Below are positions 39,270 through 50,866 of a DNA stretch of 64,000 nucleotides, piece by piece. The DNA is taken from assembly GCA_964016885.1 (NCBI GenBank), contig OZ024743.1, positions 237,708,001 to 237,772,000 of the forward strand. Reading direction: 5' to 3'. A program made the position numbers and the translations under genes. Position 1 is the stretch's first letter. Each line of letters opens with the position of its first letter. This DNA is from Eledone cirrhosa (taxonomy: Eukaryota). The notes beneath the pieces are model-generated. The model saw nothing but the letters and a program-made list of their open reading frames with translations. It was not told where the DNA came from and searched no databases.

Positions 39270-41366
39270 ATGGCTACGAAAAAGAAATTTCATACGTCAC
39301 TCCCACTCATTCCGTCTTCTTCTTCCTCAATCATCACTACAGCAGAGAGAAAATTGTCTCTCTCCCTCCCTTCTTTAAATGTGTCTCTCTCCCTCCCTTC
39401 TCTTTCGCAAGTGACGAAAGAAAAGAAAAGTCTCGTGCAAAGCGTGCAAGGTTTCTCCACGACGACGACGACAGCGACGAAACAGGTGTGCGGGAAATAC
39501 GAAAACCCAGTTCATTCGTCTGACGTCAGGAATAATAGCAGTAGCAGCCGTAATAACAACAGCAACAGTGACAATGAAAACAACAGTAGCAGCCGCAACA
39601 GCATCACCAGCAGCATAAACAACAACAGCATTAGCAGCAGCAACACCAACAACAACCACAGCAACAGCGGCGGAGGCAGTAGTCGTAGTACCTGCAGCAA
39701 CAACAAAAGTACCAGCAGCTCTGACGACAACAACAACAGCAGAGAAAAACCAATCTCATTTGCAGGTATTGCGAAAAACTTGGAAACAATCCTCATAACA
39801 AATGAGGAATTAGAGGAAGCGAAGAAGATGGTGACAAAGAACGGACACTGAGCAATCTGCAAGGCAGCGAAAAATTTTTTCGAAACCCAAGAGCACTGTA
39901 CGGTCACGTACCGTACAGTAAGTACAAAATCCCGTAGGGTGGAAAGAGCCACAGAGGCCCAAATACAAAAAGCTTTGGGGTCTGTGTGGCAGAGGAAAAC
40001 GCACATCACCCGAGGCAAAAAATACGCCACCGTAGACGTACTTTTTGCCACACCCCAGGAGGCAAAGGCCCAATCAGTAGTGACCCTAAGGAGCGAGGAA
40101 ATGGTGTTGGTGCCCTCCTACTGCGGGCAAAAAATTGTGAGGGTCAAACTAACCCACGTCCCCCCCGGAATGACCCCTTCTTGGCTGGCCGCGTCTGTCC
40201 TCGTCGGAATTGAGGACAAAACAACTGTACTGCAAGTACAGAAAAAAGTAAGAGAAGATTGGGTCGGCTCCTCCATTGAGATGCTAATCCAAACCAACCA
40301 GGAGTGCATCGAAGCTATCCCGGATGTGATAGACTTCGATAACGGCATTCAACTGCCCATAAGTGTTGAGGGCAAACGCCCGAAATGCTTTCGCTGTGGA
40401 TCGAAGACTCACCTCAGGGCCTTCTGCAACGAGGAGACCCTGAGAAAGGAGAAAACCCCCCTCCTTCCGAATCCGGCTCCACGGCTACCAGCAACAGGAC
40501 AAGCGGCAACCAGGAACGATAGGTCCGTGACACCCATACCCACTCCACGGAAATCAAAGACAGCAACAGCAGTGGAAATATTAACAACAACAACAGCAAT
40601 ACCAAATGCAGCTGCAACAGAGACTCCAGTGCAAACATCACCAACAACAACAAGTGAAAGAGTGGAGCTGGTACCCCTCCCCGACCTCACAGAATCAGAC
40701 ATGGAGTGTGAGGTGGGAGAGAGATGGCAAAAGGTCGTAAGAAGGCACAAACGCAGAAGCAGCGCATCGTCGCCTTTGAAAAGGGAGGAAAGAAATGAGA
40801 AAAGGGTAAAGTCTACTGCAAAGAGACCCACAGCAGCAACACCACCAACACCATCACCACCCACACTAGCGCCACCATCACCACCGGCGACAACCCCACC
40901 GCCAACAACACCTTCAACACCACCACCACAAGCACCAACATCGCAAACATAACAACAAAACACACACACCCAGCAACAACGACAAGAAAATAGCAGAACC
41001 ACACCCCACCCCCAGAAAAACAAATGCACGGCAATAAATACACACAACAAGAAACTAATGACTTACATAATTGAACACACAGACATTTCACAACAGGACT
41101 ACATAATACCAGCACCAATCAAAACGCCAACTAACATAAGACTGCTAAAAATAGCACAGAAACAATACACAAATATTAAAACGAAATTCCCCAACGCAGT
41201 TGGTGATTTCAGGGACCTAGGAGGAACCATCAATCGAAGAGTATACTCAGACATTCTCTTAGAAGAGCCGACGACCAGCCGAAGGGACGATTCAACGGTC
41301 CCTTCACCAGACGATCAAGTGAAAAGGGATGTAAAAACCATCCCTCCTCTACCAAAAGTACGGTAA
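39270..41366 (+). pseudogene. Tx1 ORF1 (gag-like, CCHC knuckle) with two nonsense codons
   Basis: ORFs 39270-39851, 39939-40952 and 41058-41366 share one frame, interrupted only by TGA (39849) and TAA (40950). Contains CFRCGSKTHLRAFC. Sister copies have Arg at the first site and are open through the second. Confidence 0.85.
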
Positions 41367-41401
41367 GTGGTCTTTCCCATCTTTTCCACTCTATTTTAAA
41401 C

Positions 41402-44400
41402 ATGACCTCACTCAGAATAGGCAGCATAAATGCGCGTGGCTTGGGGTCGTCATGGAAGCAGGGTCACCTGCTCAACGACCTCAGGTCACTAAACATAGAT
41501 GTAGTGGCCATCAGCGAGACCAGAATCTCCGAAGCACGGGCCTTCGCACCGATCTTCGGCGGCTACGATGTGTACGCATCTCCCAGCCGTCCTGGATCCG
41601 GTGGAGGAGTTGCTGTGCTTTTTCGGAGAGGTTTGGATCTCGCCATACGGGCCATCTTCCTGGACCCAGAGGGTAAGCTGGTGGTGCTGGACGTGACCAG
41701 CGGAGACGGGCAAGCTTTCAGGCTAGTGGCCGTCTATGCCCCGACAGGAGCAGGGCGGCCTGATTTCTTCCGGCGTCTGGAGACCTTTCTTGGAACGTCC
41801 CGCTCTTTAGTGTTAGTGGGCGACTGGAACGGGATCTTAGATGCACGCTGGGACTGTGTGGGATTAGCGGATAGGGGTGGAGGGTGCAAGAGCCTCACCA
41901 ACCTGCTCAGGCGTTTTGAACTGTCTGACAGGTACCGATTGGATTTCCCGAATGTGCCAATGTGGACTTGGACAAACCGCATAGGGTCATCCAGATCATA
42001 TCTAGATAGAGTATTTTGTAGGGAAATAGATAGGTCTAGCATAGGCTGTCCACAATTCAAGATAGTCAGCTACACGGACCACAAATTCGTGATCTGTGTG
42101 CTTGACTTAGATAGGCTTCATAGACGAGGACCCGGCTACTGGAAGCTAAACGCGTCCTTACCAGCGCGCAAGGCCTACAGAGACCGGATTAGCGAACTAG
42201 TTAAGCGGGCGTTGACGGGGGCCATCGTCAACAACAGGTGGTGGTTTGCTCTGAAAAGAGCGATTAGAATAGAATCGATTAGGTTTAGTAAGGCTTTAGC
42301 AATAGAGAAAAATAGAGCAGAGGGAGAACTAGTTAGAAAATTAGACGAGGCGCTTAGCAAAGGCATTGCGACCGACGTGCTTGCGGCGAAATTGGCCCTT
42401 GACCAATTCTTCAATGCAAAGCACGAAGGCTGCGTTGTCAGAGCAAGGGTGCGTGCTCTCAGACACGAGGGGACGAAAGCCGTTCAATGGGCCCGAGTGG
42501 CGGAGGCGCGTCGTGGCAACAAAGCCACGATCCGGTCTTTGGTGGACCACGACGGGCGCATGCTACTCGATCCCGGGCAAATGTGTGAAGCTTTTCAGCG
42601 ACACTTCGCTCAGCTGTTCGGGGGCAGCGGTGGGCCGGGTAGAGGGATGGACTTTAGGTTCTACCTCGACGGACTGCCGCGGCTCTCGGCCACTGAGGCG
42701 AAGTGTTGCGAAAAGCCGATAACAGCCGCTGAAGTAAGGGAGGCAATGACTGGCTGCACAAGAGGTAAATCGCCTGGTTTGGATGGTCTGCCCTATGAAC
42801 TTTACGTACAGATGCCAGACTTGTTCGGAGGACTCTTGGCGGACGTCTACTGCAACTGGCAACAGAACGGGAGAATTCCCAGTTCTGTGAGCCGAGGAGC
42901 GGTGGCACTGCTGAGAAAGGATCCGAACAAGGGGGATAACATAGACAATTTCCGGCCCATAACTCTGCTAAACACAGAGTTCAAGATTTTGGCCAAGGTG
43001 CTAGCAAAGAGGTTGGCGCTTGTCGTTGGTGGTCTGGTGGGAGAGGCGCAGACATGCGCCATTCCCGACAGATCCATCCACGACAACCTCCACCTCATGC
43101 GATACATCATAGAGAGGGTAGCTAAGGAACCTGGCACGGGTGGGTCCTTGATCAATTTAGATCAGTCGAAAGCTTTCGATAGGGTCGACCATCGTTACCT
43201 AGCGGCAGTCCTGAGGGCGGCTGGCTTTGGGCCCGTCTTCAGAGGCTGGATCGCTGCCATGCACAGCGACATCTGCTCTGTGGTGAGAGTGAACGGTCAC
43301 CTGTCGGAACCGTTCAACATCATGCGCTCGGTCCGCCAAGGATGTCCCCTCTCGTCCCTCTTGTACGTATTGACTCTCGAGCCATTACTGCACAAACTGG
43401 AGACGTTGAGGGGAGTCCCGCGCGAACTAGGATGCGGAAGATCCGTGTCAGCATATGCGGACGATGTCACCGTAGTGGTGTCGAACGCCAAACACATCGA
43501 GGCGATCGGCACTACACTAAGAGAATACGAAGCGGTGACAGGAGCAATGATCAACCAGGAAAAGTCAGTGGGCCTGCAGCTCGGCACTTGGAGAGGCAGG
43601 TCCATGCCGTCCAACAGCGTCGTCGGACGCTGGACGGACGGACCGGTTAAATTGCTAGGGGTCTGGTTCGGTCCGGACCTCCAGACGGACAACAACTGGG
43701 ACGAGGTGACGAGCAGGGTGGCTTCTCTCACCCAGAAATGGGCGGAGAGGAAGCTATCCCTGAAAGGTCGAGCGGAGGTGGCTAACGCGTACATCGCGTC
43801 TGTCATCTACTACCGCCTGACCGTCGTACCTTGTCCTAAGCCTCGCCTGACTGCGCTGGAGCGTTTGCTCTTTCGCTTTTTGTGGAAGGGGCGTGCTCCG
43901 ATGGTCAGGCGGTCCATCTGTTGTCAACACCCGCTACGTGGAGGGCTGGGCATGCCGTGGCTGATGATGCGCAGGCACGCGCTCAGGCTACGACATCTCC
44001 ACCTCTTCCTCGACGGTGATCAGGTGTGGTCGCCGTTTGCTAGGCGCGTATTTCCCCAGCTCGTTTCCTTGACGGAGCTGCAGTCCTGGGTCAAGCGAAG
44101 ACCGAGAGGGAGCGCCTGGAGACTGGAATGTCTTCAGGCGCTCACAGCCCTCGACCAATCGGGCAATGTGATCGGTGGAAACTCCACCTCGGCGTTCTAT
44201 AGAGGATTAGTGGAGGGTAAGAGCGACGACGTACTTGGGGAAACTCTAGGCGTCGACGAAAATCAACTAGCCAATCTCTTCGGAAGAACTTTCGGGCCGG
44301 GGCCTATGGACAACTTCCAGAAATCTCTGGCCTGGCAGTGCTACCGAGGAGCCTTGCCAGTTCGGGATAAACTCTACAGGCATGGAGGTGCCGTCAGCCG

Positions 44401-44821
44401 GGCATGTCCGAGATGCGCGCAGGGCGACGAAACCGTCCTGCACGCACTCGTCCAGTGTCCGAAAATTGCTGACTTGTGGGTTTATGTCGAACACCTGCTG
44501 TCGCGTTTAGGACGGATCCGGCTATCATCTGAGTCCATCGTGAGGATTGCTCCGCCCTCCTCCTTTAGCCGGGAAGGGCAGGCAGTTTTTATCTGTCTGG
44601 TGGCCATGGCGAAAGAGATAGTATGGTGGACACGTTTGAAAGGGCTGAAGACGAGCACTTACCTCTTCGGTGATGCTCTGATTGACTTTTTCAAATTTCA
44701 TTTGAAAAGGAAAATCAGAGTAGAGAGGGAAGTGCTCTCTTCCCAGCATTTTGTTGAAAGATGGGTGAGAGAAGCAAGAATGGCCCGAGTGAATGGGCCT
44801 ACTCTGAGTATATATCTGTAA
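41402..44821 (+). CDS. Tx1 ORF2 polyprotein: APE endonuclease, reverse transcriptase, zf-RVT (intact, 1139 aa)
   Basis: SINARGL, ISETR, GDWN, YLDR, TDHK, WKLN; FRPITLLN, DQSKAFDRV, VRQGCPLS, YADD; CPRC...H...C. Confidence 0.97.
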   Translation: MTSLRIGSINARGLGSSWKQGHLLNDLRSLNIDVVAISETRISEARAFAPIFGGYDVYASPSRPGSGGGVAVLFRRGLDLAIRAIFLDPEGKLVVLDVTSGDGQAFRLVAVYAPTGAGRPDFFRRLETFLGTSRSLVLVGDWNGILDARWDCVGLADRGGGCKSLTNLLRRFELSDRYRLDFPNVPMWTWTNRIGSSRSYLDRVFCREIDRSSIGCPQFKIVSYTDHKFVICVLDLDRLHRRGPGYWKLNASLPARKAYRDRISELVKRALTGAIVNNRWWFALKRAIRIESIRFSKALAIEKNRAEGELVRKLDEALSKGIATDVLAAKLALDQFFNAKHEGCVVRARVRALRHEGTKAVQWARVAEARRGNKATIRSLVDHDGRMLLDPGQMCEAFQRHFAQLFGGSGGPGRGMDFRFYLDGLPRLSATEAKCCEKPITAAEVREAMTGCTRGKSPGLDGLPYELYVQMPDLFGGLLADVYCNWQQNGRIPSSVSRGAVALLRKDPNKGDNIDNFRPITLLNTEFKILAKVLAKRLALVVGGLVGEAQTCAIPDRSIHDNLHLMRYIIERVAKEPGTGGSLINLDQSKAFDRVDHRYLAAVLRAAGFGPVFRGWIAAMHSDICSVVRVNGHLSEPFNIMRSVRQGCPLSSLLYVLTLEPLLHKLETLRGVPRELGCGRSVSAYADDVTVVVSNAKHIEAIGTTLREYEAVTGAMINQEKSVGLQLGTWRGRSMPSNSVVGRWTDGPVKLLGVWFGPDLQTDNNWDEVTSRVASLTQKWAERKLSLKGRAEVANAYIASVIYYRLTVVPCPKPRLTALERLLFRFLWKGRAPMVRRSICCQHPLRGGLGMPWLMMRRHALRLRHLHLFLDGDQVWSPFARRVFPQLVSLTELQSWVKRRPRGSAWRLECLQALTALDQSGNVIGGNSTSAFYRGLVEGKSDDVLGETLGVDENQLANLFGRTFGPGPMDNFQKSLAWQCYRGALPVRDKLYRHGGAVSRACPRCAQGDETVLHALVQCPKIADLWVYVEHLLSRLGRIRLSSESIVRIAPPSSFSREGQAVFICLVAMAKEIVWWTRLKGLKTSTYLFGDALIDFFKFHLKRKIRVEREVLSSQHFVERWVREARMARVNGPTLSIYL

Positions 44822-45093
44822 ATTAAAGGTGGAAAACTGGGAGAGGGCACTTGCCTTGGTGGTCAGGGTCATTGTGGCTTTTTACTGGGCTTTCTCCACA
44901 AATGTCCCTCCGAAGTGTCCCCCCTATTGGGGAATTTTTCATTGTTTTTTTCATTGTTATTTTCATTGTTATTTTTTGTTACATCCTCTGTTTTTGTTTT
45001 TTACACGCAGAAATGCCCATTTGTACCGTCCTGCATTGTCCTGCACTGTCCTTAATGTCTACTTTATGTAAACCCTTGTGGTCAATAAAGAAA

Positions 45094-45134
<41 letters not shown>

Positions 45135-45195
45135 GTATATATTATTTTCTTTCTGTTTAAGAAAAAGATTTAGTTGAATAAAAAATATATCTAAC

Positions 45196-45299
45196 CTGTC
45201 TGCTAAATCACCAAATACCAGTGATCCAATAAGGTAACCAGCAAAATAAACTGACTGTAAAGTGGATCTTAACCATCTCTTCTCACACACTAAATCAAA
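45196..45299 (-). CDS. SLC22-like coding exon 3 (FDLVC, TM2)
   Basis: TTCTTACAG| acceptor and AG|GTTAG donor. Reads FDLVCEKRWLRSTLQSVYFAGYLIGSLVFGDLAD(R); 104 nt. Confidence 0.95.
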
Positions 45300-45399
45300 C
45301 TGTAAGAAATTAAATAAAAATGTTACATAGTTATGAATAATATTTCCATTTTTGCTTACTTTTATCATTTTGCCATAAAAAATACTTTAGAAATACAGT

Positions 45400-45880
45400 G
45401 GTGAGGTCTTCTATCTCTGTTGACAACAAAAGGCCCCTCACTACAAACGAAAGTCTGGCTGTTTGATGGTAGTGAGATATACAAAATGAGTGCTGAGGAT
45501 ATATGAAGACTGGAGAGAAATGAAGCAAGAATGTTTCAGTTGATGTCTAATGTTAATGCATGTGAATGACAAAACATAGATGAGCTGAGAGAGAAATTGA
45601 ATATGAAAGGAATCAGATGCACTGTGCAAGAGAGAAGTTTGTTCTGATATGAATGTGGATGATGCATGTGGATGATGATTGTTGGGTGATGAAGTGCCAA
45701 GACATCCAAGTGGAGGTAAGCTGCAGCAGAGGGAAATCACGGGAGACCTGAATGGAGGTAATAAAAGCTGATCTCAAATCACTGAAGATCACAATGAAAA
45801 TGATGGGGTATACTGAGCTGAAAAAGACTTGCCCAGCCATGCAACCATGTGAAAGCAAACATAAAATGATGATGATGATA
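45400..45880 (+). mobile_element. Old RTE 3' fragment
   Basis: Remnants of HGSE / RLERNEA / ELREKL / GKSR.TW, ending in (TGA)n. Confidence 0.65.
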
Positions 45881-46019
45881 GCTTTGTTACAATGTAGAAA
45901 TCAAATATTGCTTACTCCATAAAAGAATTGGTTACAGACTAGTTAATAATAAATATTTCTACTATTGGCACAAGGTCAGCAATTTGGGGGGAGGTGAAAC
46001 CGATTAAATCGATGCAAGT

Positions 46020-46490
46020 GCACAGTTGTGAGATTCGCGAATTGGAATGGCACTTCCAGCGCATCTCCCTTACCATCCTCCTGGGAAACACCTTCTCCAT
46101 TCTGTTTGGCAGGGCTGTTGGGAGGCCAGTACATTGCTCACCATACAGAGAGATGTGGAGGGTGAGAGAGATGGAGGCGATGACAGTGGGAGTCCACATC
46201 CTTGTGGTTGTGTTCATTAAGCAGTTAGTGATACCCTTGATTATACTACATCTTCTTTGCTCATTCTTTGTCCCAGCTCTCCCTATATATCATTGTGCTT
46301 CCCATATTACACATCTCGCTTGCTAGCTAATTACTTAATATTTCTCTAGCCTCCATATGCTGTTAATCTCTCACATATCTATGTAGCTAATCAACTTCTT
46401 ATAATACTTTCTTCCTTCTTTTCCTTGCCTCTACACCGCCATTTCTTTCTCCTTCCATATTAATATAGCGTAACAAAGACAGGAAACCAG
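46020..46490 (+). mobile_element. CRE-like LINE 3' fragment
   Basis: RELEWHFQRISLTILLGNTFSIL resembles the C-terminal QR.S..I..GN motif of CRE-clade RLE proteins. Confidence 0.5.
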
Positions 46491-46733
46491 CAAACAGACA
46501 CTGATACGAAGATTGATCTTTTTATCGACCCTGTAAGGATGAAAGGTAAAGTTAATATTGGTGGGATTTGAACTCAAAGCATAACGGTCCGTAACTCTAT
46601 GCTGCAAAGCAGGGTGTCTGACGCTCTACCAATACTGCCGCTCTTACTAGTTAATAATAATTGTTTCTACCCCTTAGCACAATGATGTGACTTTACCCCT
46701 CGTTTCACTAGATTTAATAGATTACCAACTCAC

Positions 46734-47104
46734 CTCACTTACAGTTGAAGAAAAATTGTCTGTCATAAACTTCCGTCCATAGGAACAGGGTACTGTAGAT
46801 AAATTACTGGGTGACATTGAATAATATATCTCAGTGAAACTGTTGTTATACACAAAACATTGATTGGGTCCAGGTTGAAACATGTGTAAATATTGATTCT
46901 CTGTAAGATTTGGAGGAATTGCAGAAGCATTAAAGTTTGGAGGGTAGCATAAGAAAGGGGCGTTGGCACTGATAAATATCAAACTCATTGATGGCAATAC
47001 TATGCAAAAGTTCAGGGAGAGTAATAAAATGAACACCTGGCGTTGATAAGGTCCAGAAGCAGAGCATTTTTCCAGTAGTAGTTTGATATTAGTAGTTGAT
47101 ATTT
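46734..47104 (-). CDS. SLC22-like coding exon 2 (TM1 + extracellular loop)
   Basis: TTTCTAATTTCAG|AA acceptor and GAG|GTGAGT donor. Reads LLEKCSASGPYQRQVF...C...C...CSYGRKFMTDNFSSTVSE, with N-glycosylation sequons; 371 nt. Confidence 0.93.
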
Positions 47105-48419
47105 CTGAAATTAGAAATAACAAATGTTAAAAATCATATAATCTAGAATAGTATCTATAATCTATCATATTAAATCTGCTTGCATATGTATGTTATGTGG
47201 TTGAAGGGAAAGGGAAAAAAAGAAATAGAAAAGAGTGTTTATTGGAGGGAAATGAGTAACAGTGAGAGGCAGAAGAAAGGGAACGCTATCTACGAACAGC
47301 ATGTTTGGAAGATGAGGTAAATATTTATTCTTTTGCTGGGTTCTTTCATTAGACTGCAGTCGTGCTGGGTCACTGGCTTGAAAATATCTAGTTGATTATA
47401 TAGACCTCAGTACTTATTTTTTCAAGTCTGGTACTTATTTTAGAAATTTATTTTTTTAAACATCCAGATATGATCACGCCCCTCCCCCTCTCCAACCCAC
47501 CAACATCCACATCCACACACACACATACATACAAATCTTATTATTGCATAGTAGATAAGGGCAGTGGATTGGCATTATTGGTAGAGTGTCAGACAATATG
47601 CTTTGTGGCATATAATAGTTGCGTTCCTTTCTATTCGGAGTTCAAATCCCGCTGAGGTTAGCTTTGCCTTTCGTCCTTACGGGGTCGATAAAATAATGTA
47701 TCAGTCATACACTGGGGTAGGTTTAATCGACTTTCCCCTCGCTTCAAATTTCTGCATAGTATGGTCAAAGGGTCCTGTTAGATTGATGACAACACAACAA
47801 CAATATGACTGCTTCTTAATTTGGTACCATTAGTAGCAGACACAGAAAAGGCAGACGACTGTAAAATCAACAGCAGTAGTAACAGACACAAGAAAGATGT
47901 GTTGTATGTATGGAGTGGCAACTCCTGATTATGTTGTAGGGGGTGGGTGACCATAGTGACATGTTTTGGGAATTTTAAACCTGCCAGAATCCATCCCCTC
48001 ACCAGGTCTGAACATAGATGAACTGACAGAGAGAGAGATGATTGCATTAGCACAGGGTTGGCACTTTCTTTATCAGCTCTGAAATGATGAAAGCCAAAGT
48101 GAACCTTGGTGGGATTTGAACTCAGAATATAGACCTGGAACAATTATCCAATGCTCTAACCTCTTTGGAAAATTGACCACCTTAAAATACATTGTATATG
48201 TTTTTAAATACACCTCTATTCTGAATCACTCTGTGTTAGTGCTACAGCTAAATAAAAATATTTATGTTAGAAATATTGAAATCCAAATACAGATTCTCTA
48301 CAATGATAATAGTGTTAAATTATCAAGTAAAATACTCTTAGGGAGAGAAAATATGTGCACAGTGGCCTCTACTGAGAATATTTTTGTATTATAACATAGA
48401 GATGAGAATTCATCTTTAA

Positions 48420-48636
48420 CCCTTTAGCATTTAAAGCGGCCGCATCAAGCCAGAATTCTCTCACCTCTTTCTGTTCAAACCAGCTGTAACCAGCCACTCA
48501 TACTGATGTTAAGGTATGGTTCTCAAAATGAATAATATCAAAATCTTATAGATTTGATATTATATAGGATAATTATGTGTGGTAAAGCCTTTACCATGAA
48601 AATATAATAATATAGAGTAATGTAAATACTAAAGGG
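48420..48636. mobile_element. piggyBac-type MITE
   Basis: TTAA|CCCTTTAGCATTTA ... TAAATACTAAAGGG|TTAA. Confidence 0.8.
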
Positions 48637-48887
48637 TTAAATGATAAAGAAACCTTTCAAAGCAATTCCTCTCTTCACTGATACCTCATATATCAGGAAA
48701 TAAGATCACTCTATGTGGTCATCCCAACCATTAGATATAGCAGCCAAATTTCTCTCAAATCACACCCTACCTTTAAAAAAAGGAAGAACACATTGGATGA
48801 TGAAGCCATGTGTCTAAAACTAGATGGAATGGTCACAGATGGAATGTTTTTTAACAAAGGCCTACATGAATAAGTTTGATCTATAGC

Positions 48888-48951
<64 letters not shown>

Positions 48952-50285
48952 AGATTTATGTTAAATCTAATCTAACCTAAATATTATGTATTATAACACA
49001 TAAACATACAAACATATAACTCCCACATAGACACACACATACATAGGATCTATTCACCATCTGGTCCCTTGAAAGGACCTAGAAATGTAGGAAAAGGTAT
49101 ACAAATGTATCACCTCCCCCACCATCTTCATCATCAACAACACCAACAACATCATCATCACTATCATCATCAATAACAACATCAACAACATCTACAACAA
49201 CATCAACAGCACATCAACAACATCATCATCATCAACAACAGCAGCTACATCATGAACAACAAAGATATCAACAATAGCATCAATAACAACATCATCATCA
49301 TGATCATCAACATAATGATCAGCAATATGATGAACAATAACAACATCAGCATTTTTTTTTTTTAAATTAGGCACAAGGTTAGCAACCTTGGAAGGACAAG
49401 AGGTTTAAATGGACCTAAATATACCACTGGTACTATATTCTATTGCCCTCTGTTTCAGAAGAATGAAAGGCAAGAATTAAACTTGGAATGTAAATTACCA
49501 GAACAAATAATGTTAAGCATTTGTTCGATGCTCTAAAGACTCTGAGCACAAGGCCAGCGATTTTATGGGAGAAGAAAGTCAATTAAATCGACCCCAGTAC
49601 TTGACTGGTATTTTATTTTATTGAGCCTGGATGGATGAAAGGCAAAGTTGGCCTTGGTGGTTTCCCTTTCCCTTTCCTTTATATTATATTTGTTTGTGTT
49701 TTCATTCTGTAAGCCTTGTATTACTATACTAGCTGAGGTACCCGGCTTTGCCTGGGAGAATAGTTAAGAGAAGACGGATAAAAGAGAAAACGACTGTATT
49801 GGATGTATTGTCTGGTATGAAGTGAGACCATAATGTGTGTGTGTGTGTGTGGGAGAGAGAGAGAGACATAAAAAAGAGAAAGAGAGAGAGAGGTGGAGGG
49901 AATGAACTCTAGTACTAGACTGGTACTTTTGTTATCAATCTCAAAAGGATGAAAGGCAAAGTTGACCTAGGGAAGATTTGAACTCAGTGCATAGTGAGCT
50001 GGAACACATACTGCAAAACATTCTATCCAATGCGTTAATAACTCTACGAATTCACCAATAAGTAAGGTACATGCCTGTAGAATCAAGACAGCAGATTCAA
50101 GTAGTGTAATTATTTGAAAGTTTAATTAATTAGATTTATATTTTAAACTCTGGTAAAGTACAGCAAATTTCTTAGGTTAATATACCAACATTTGTAGAAG
50201 TAAATTATTATTACAATAATTAGTTTGTAAAATCTTAAGATATGTTAATCAAATGACAGGTATAAACAGAAATTAAATTAATTAC

Positions 50286-50337
50286 CTGTATTTGATTGAT
50301 TCCCTGTGTTCCGTTGATATACTTCAATTTCAGTCAT
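50286..50337 (-). CDS. SLC22-like first coding exon (MTEIEVYQRNTGNQSNT)
   Basis: AAACATG start. The CAG|GTAAT donor is phase 1, matching the exon 2 acceptor. An upstream acceptor (TTTCTCTCTAAAGTAATTCTACTAG, exon start 50369) implies a further 5' UTR exon. Confidence 0.72.
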
Positions 50338-50866
50338 GTTTAATACACAGTTTTTTTTTCTTTTTTCACCTAGTAGAATTACTTTAGAGAGAAAAAACAG
50401 CAATTAACTCTTGCTACTATATATTTTATGATATATTTATAAATACAGAATATAATATTACATGATATACATAAAAGCTGTGGAATAGAGAATTTTATGT
50501 CCTTCGTATATATGTGTGTGTATGTATGTGTATATTATAGACTGACAAAACAGCGATTAAGTCTTTTGTTACCATATATTATATGATATATTTATAGATA
50601 CAGAATATGATATCACATGACATGCATACAAGCTGTGGTAATAGAAAATTTCTGTCCTTAGTAAAAATGTCTATGAAACTTAAAGCATTTTTGAAAGTGT
50701 GTGACTATCATAGATTAAAACATATATTCTACGTTTACACATCAAGGCCTCATTCTTTCATAATATGAAATCAAACTCGGGTTACTATAATACACACGTA
50801 CATACACACACATATATATATATATATATACATTCATATATACATACATATATATATATATATAGT

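Larger units (their letters stand above)
39054..45135 (+). mobile_element. Full-length Tx1/L1-clade LINE copy 5
   Basis: 5' UTR, ORF1, ORF2, 3' UTR and AATAAA, bounded by (ATT)n at both ends. Confidence 0.95.

Noticed and set aside
39849-39851. Selenocysteine or programmed readthrough TGA in Tx1 ORF1
   Set aside because: Aligns to Arg in copies 1 and 2; a CGA>TGA CpG mutation is simpler.
40409-41050. Antisense ORFs over LINE coding regions
   Set aside because: Shadow frames of CA-rich or GC-rich coding sequence.
41058-41366. Separate third ORF in Tx1
   Set aside because: In frame with ORF1 and separated only by one premature TAA.
49728-49770. Helentron/DINE-like 5' end (ACTAGCTGAGGTACCCGGCTTTGCCTGGG)
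   Set aside because: No matching 3' end identified nearby; too short to support.
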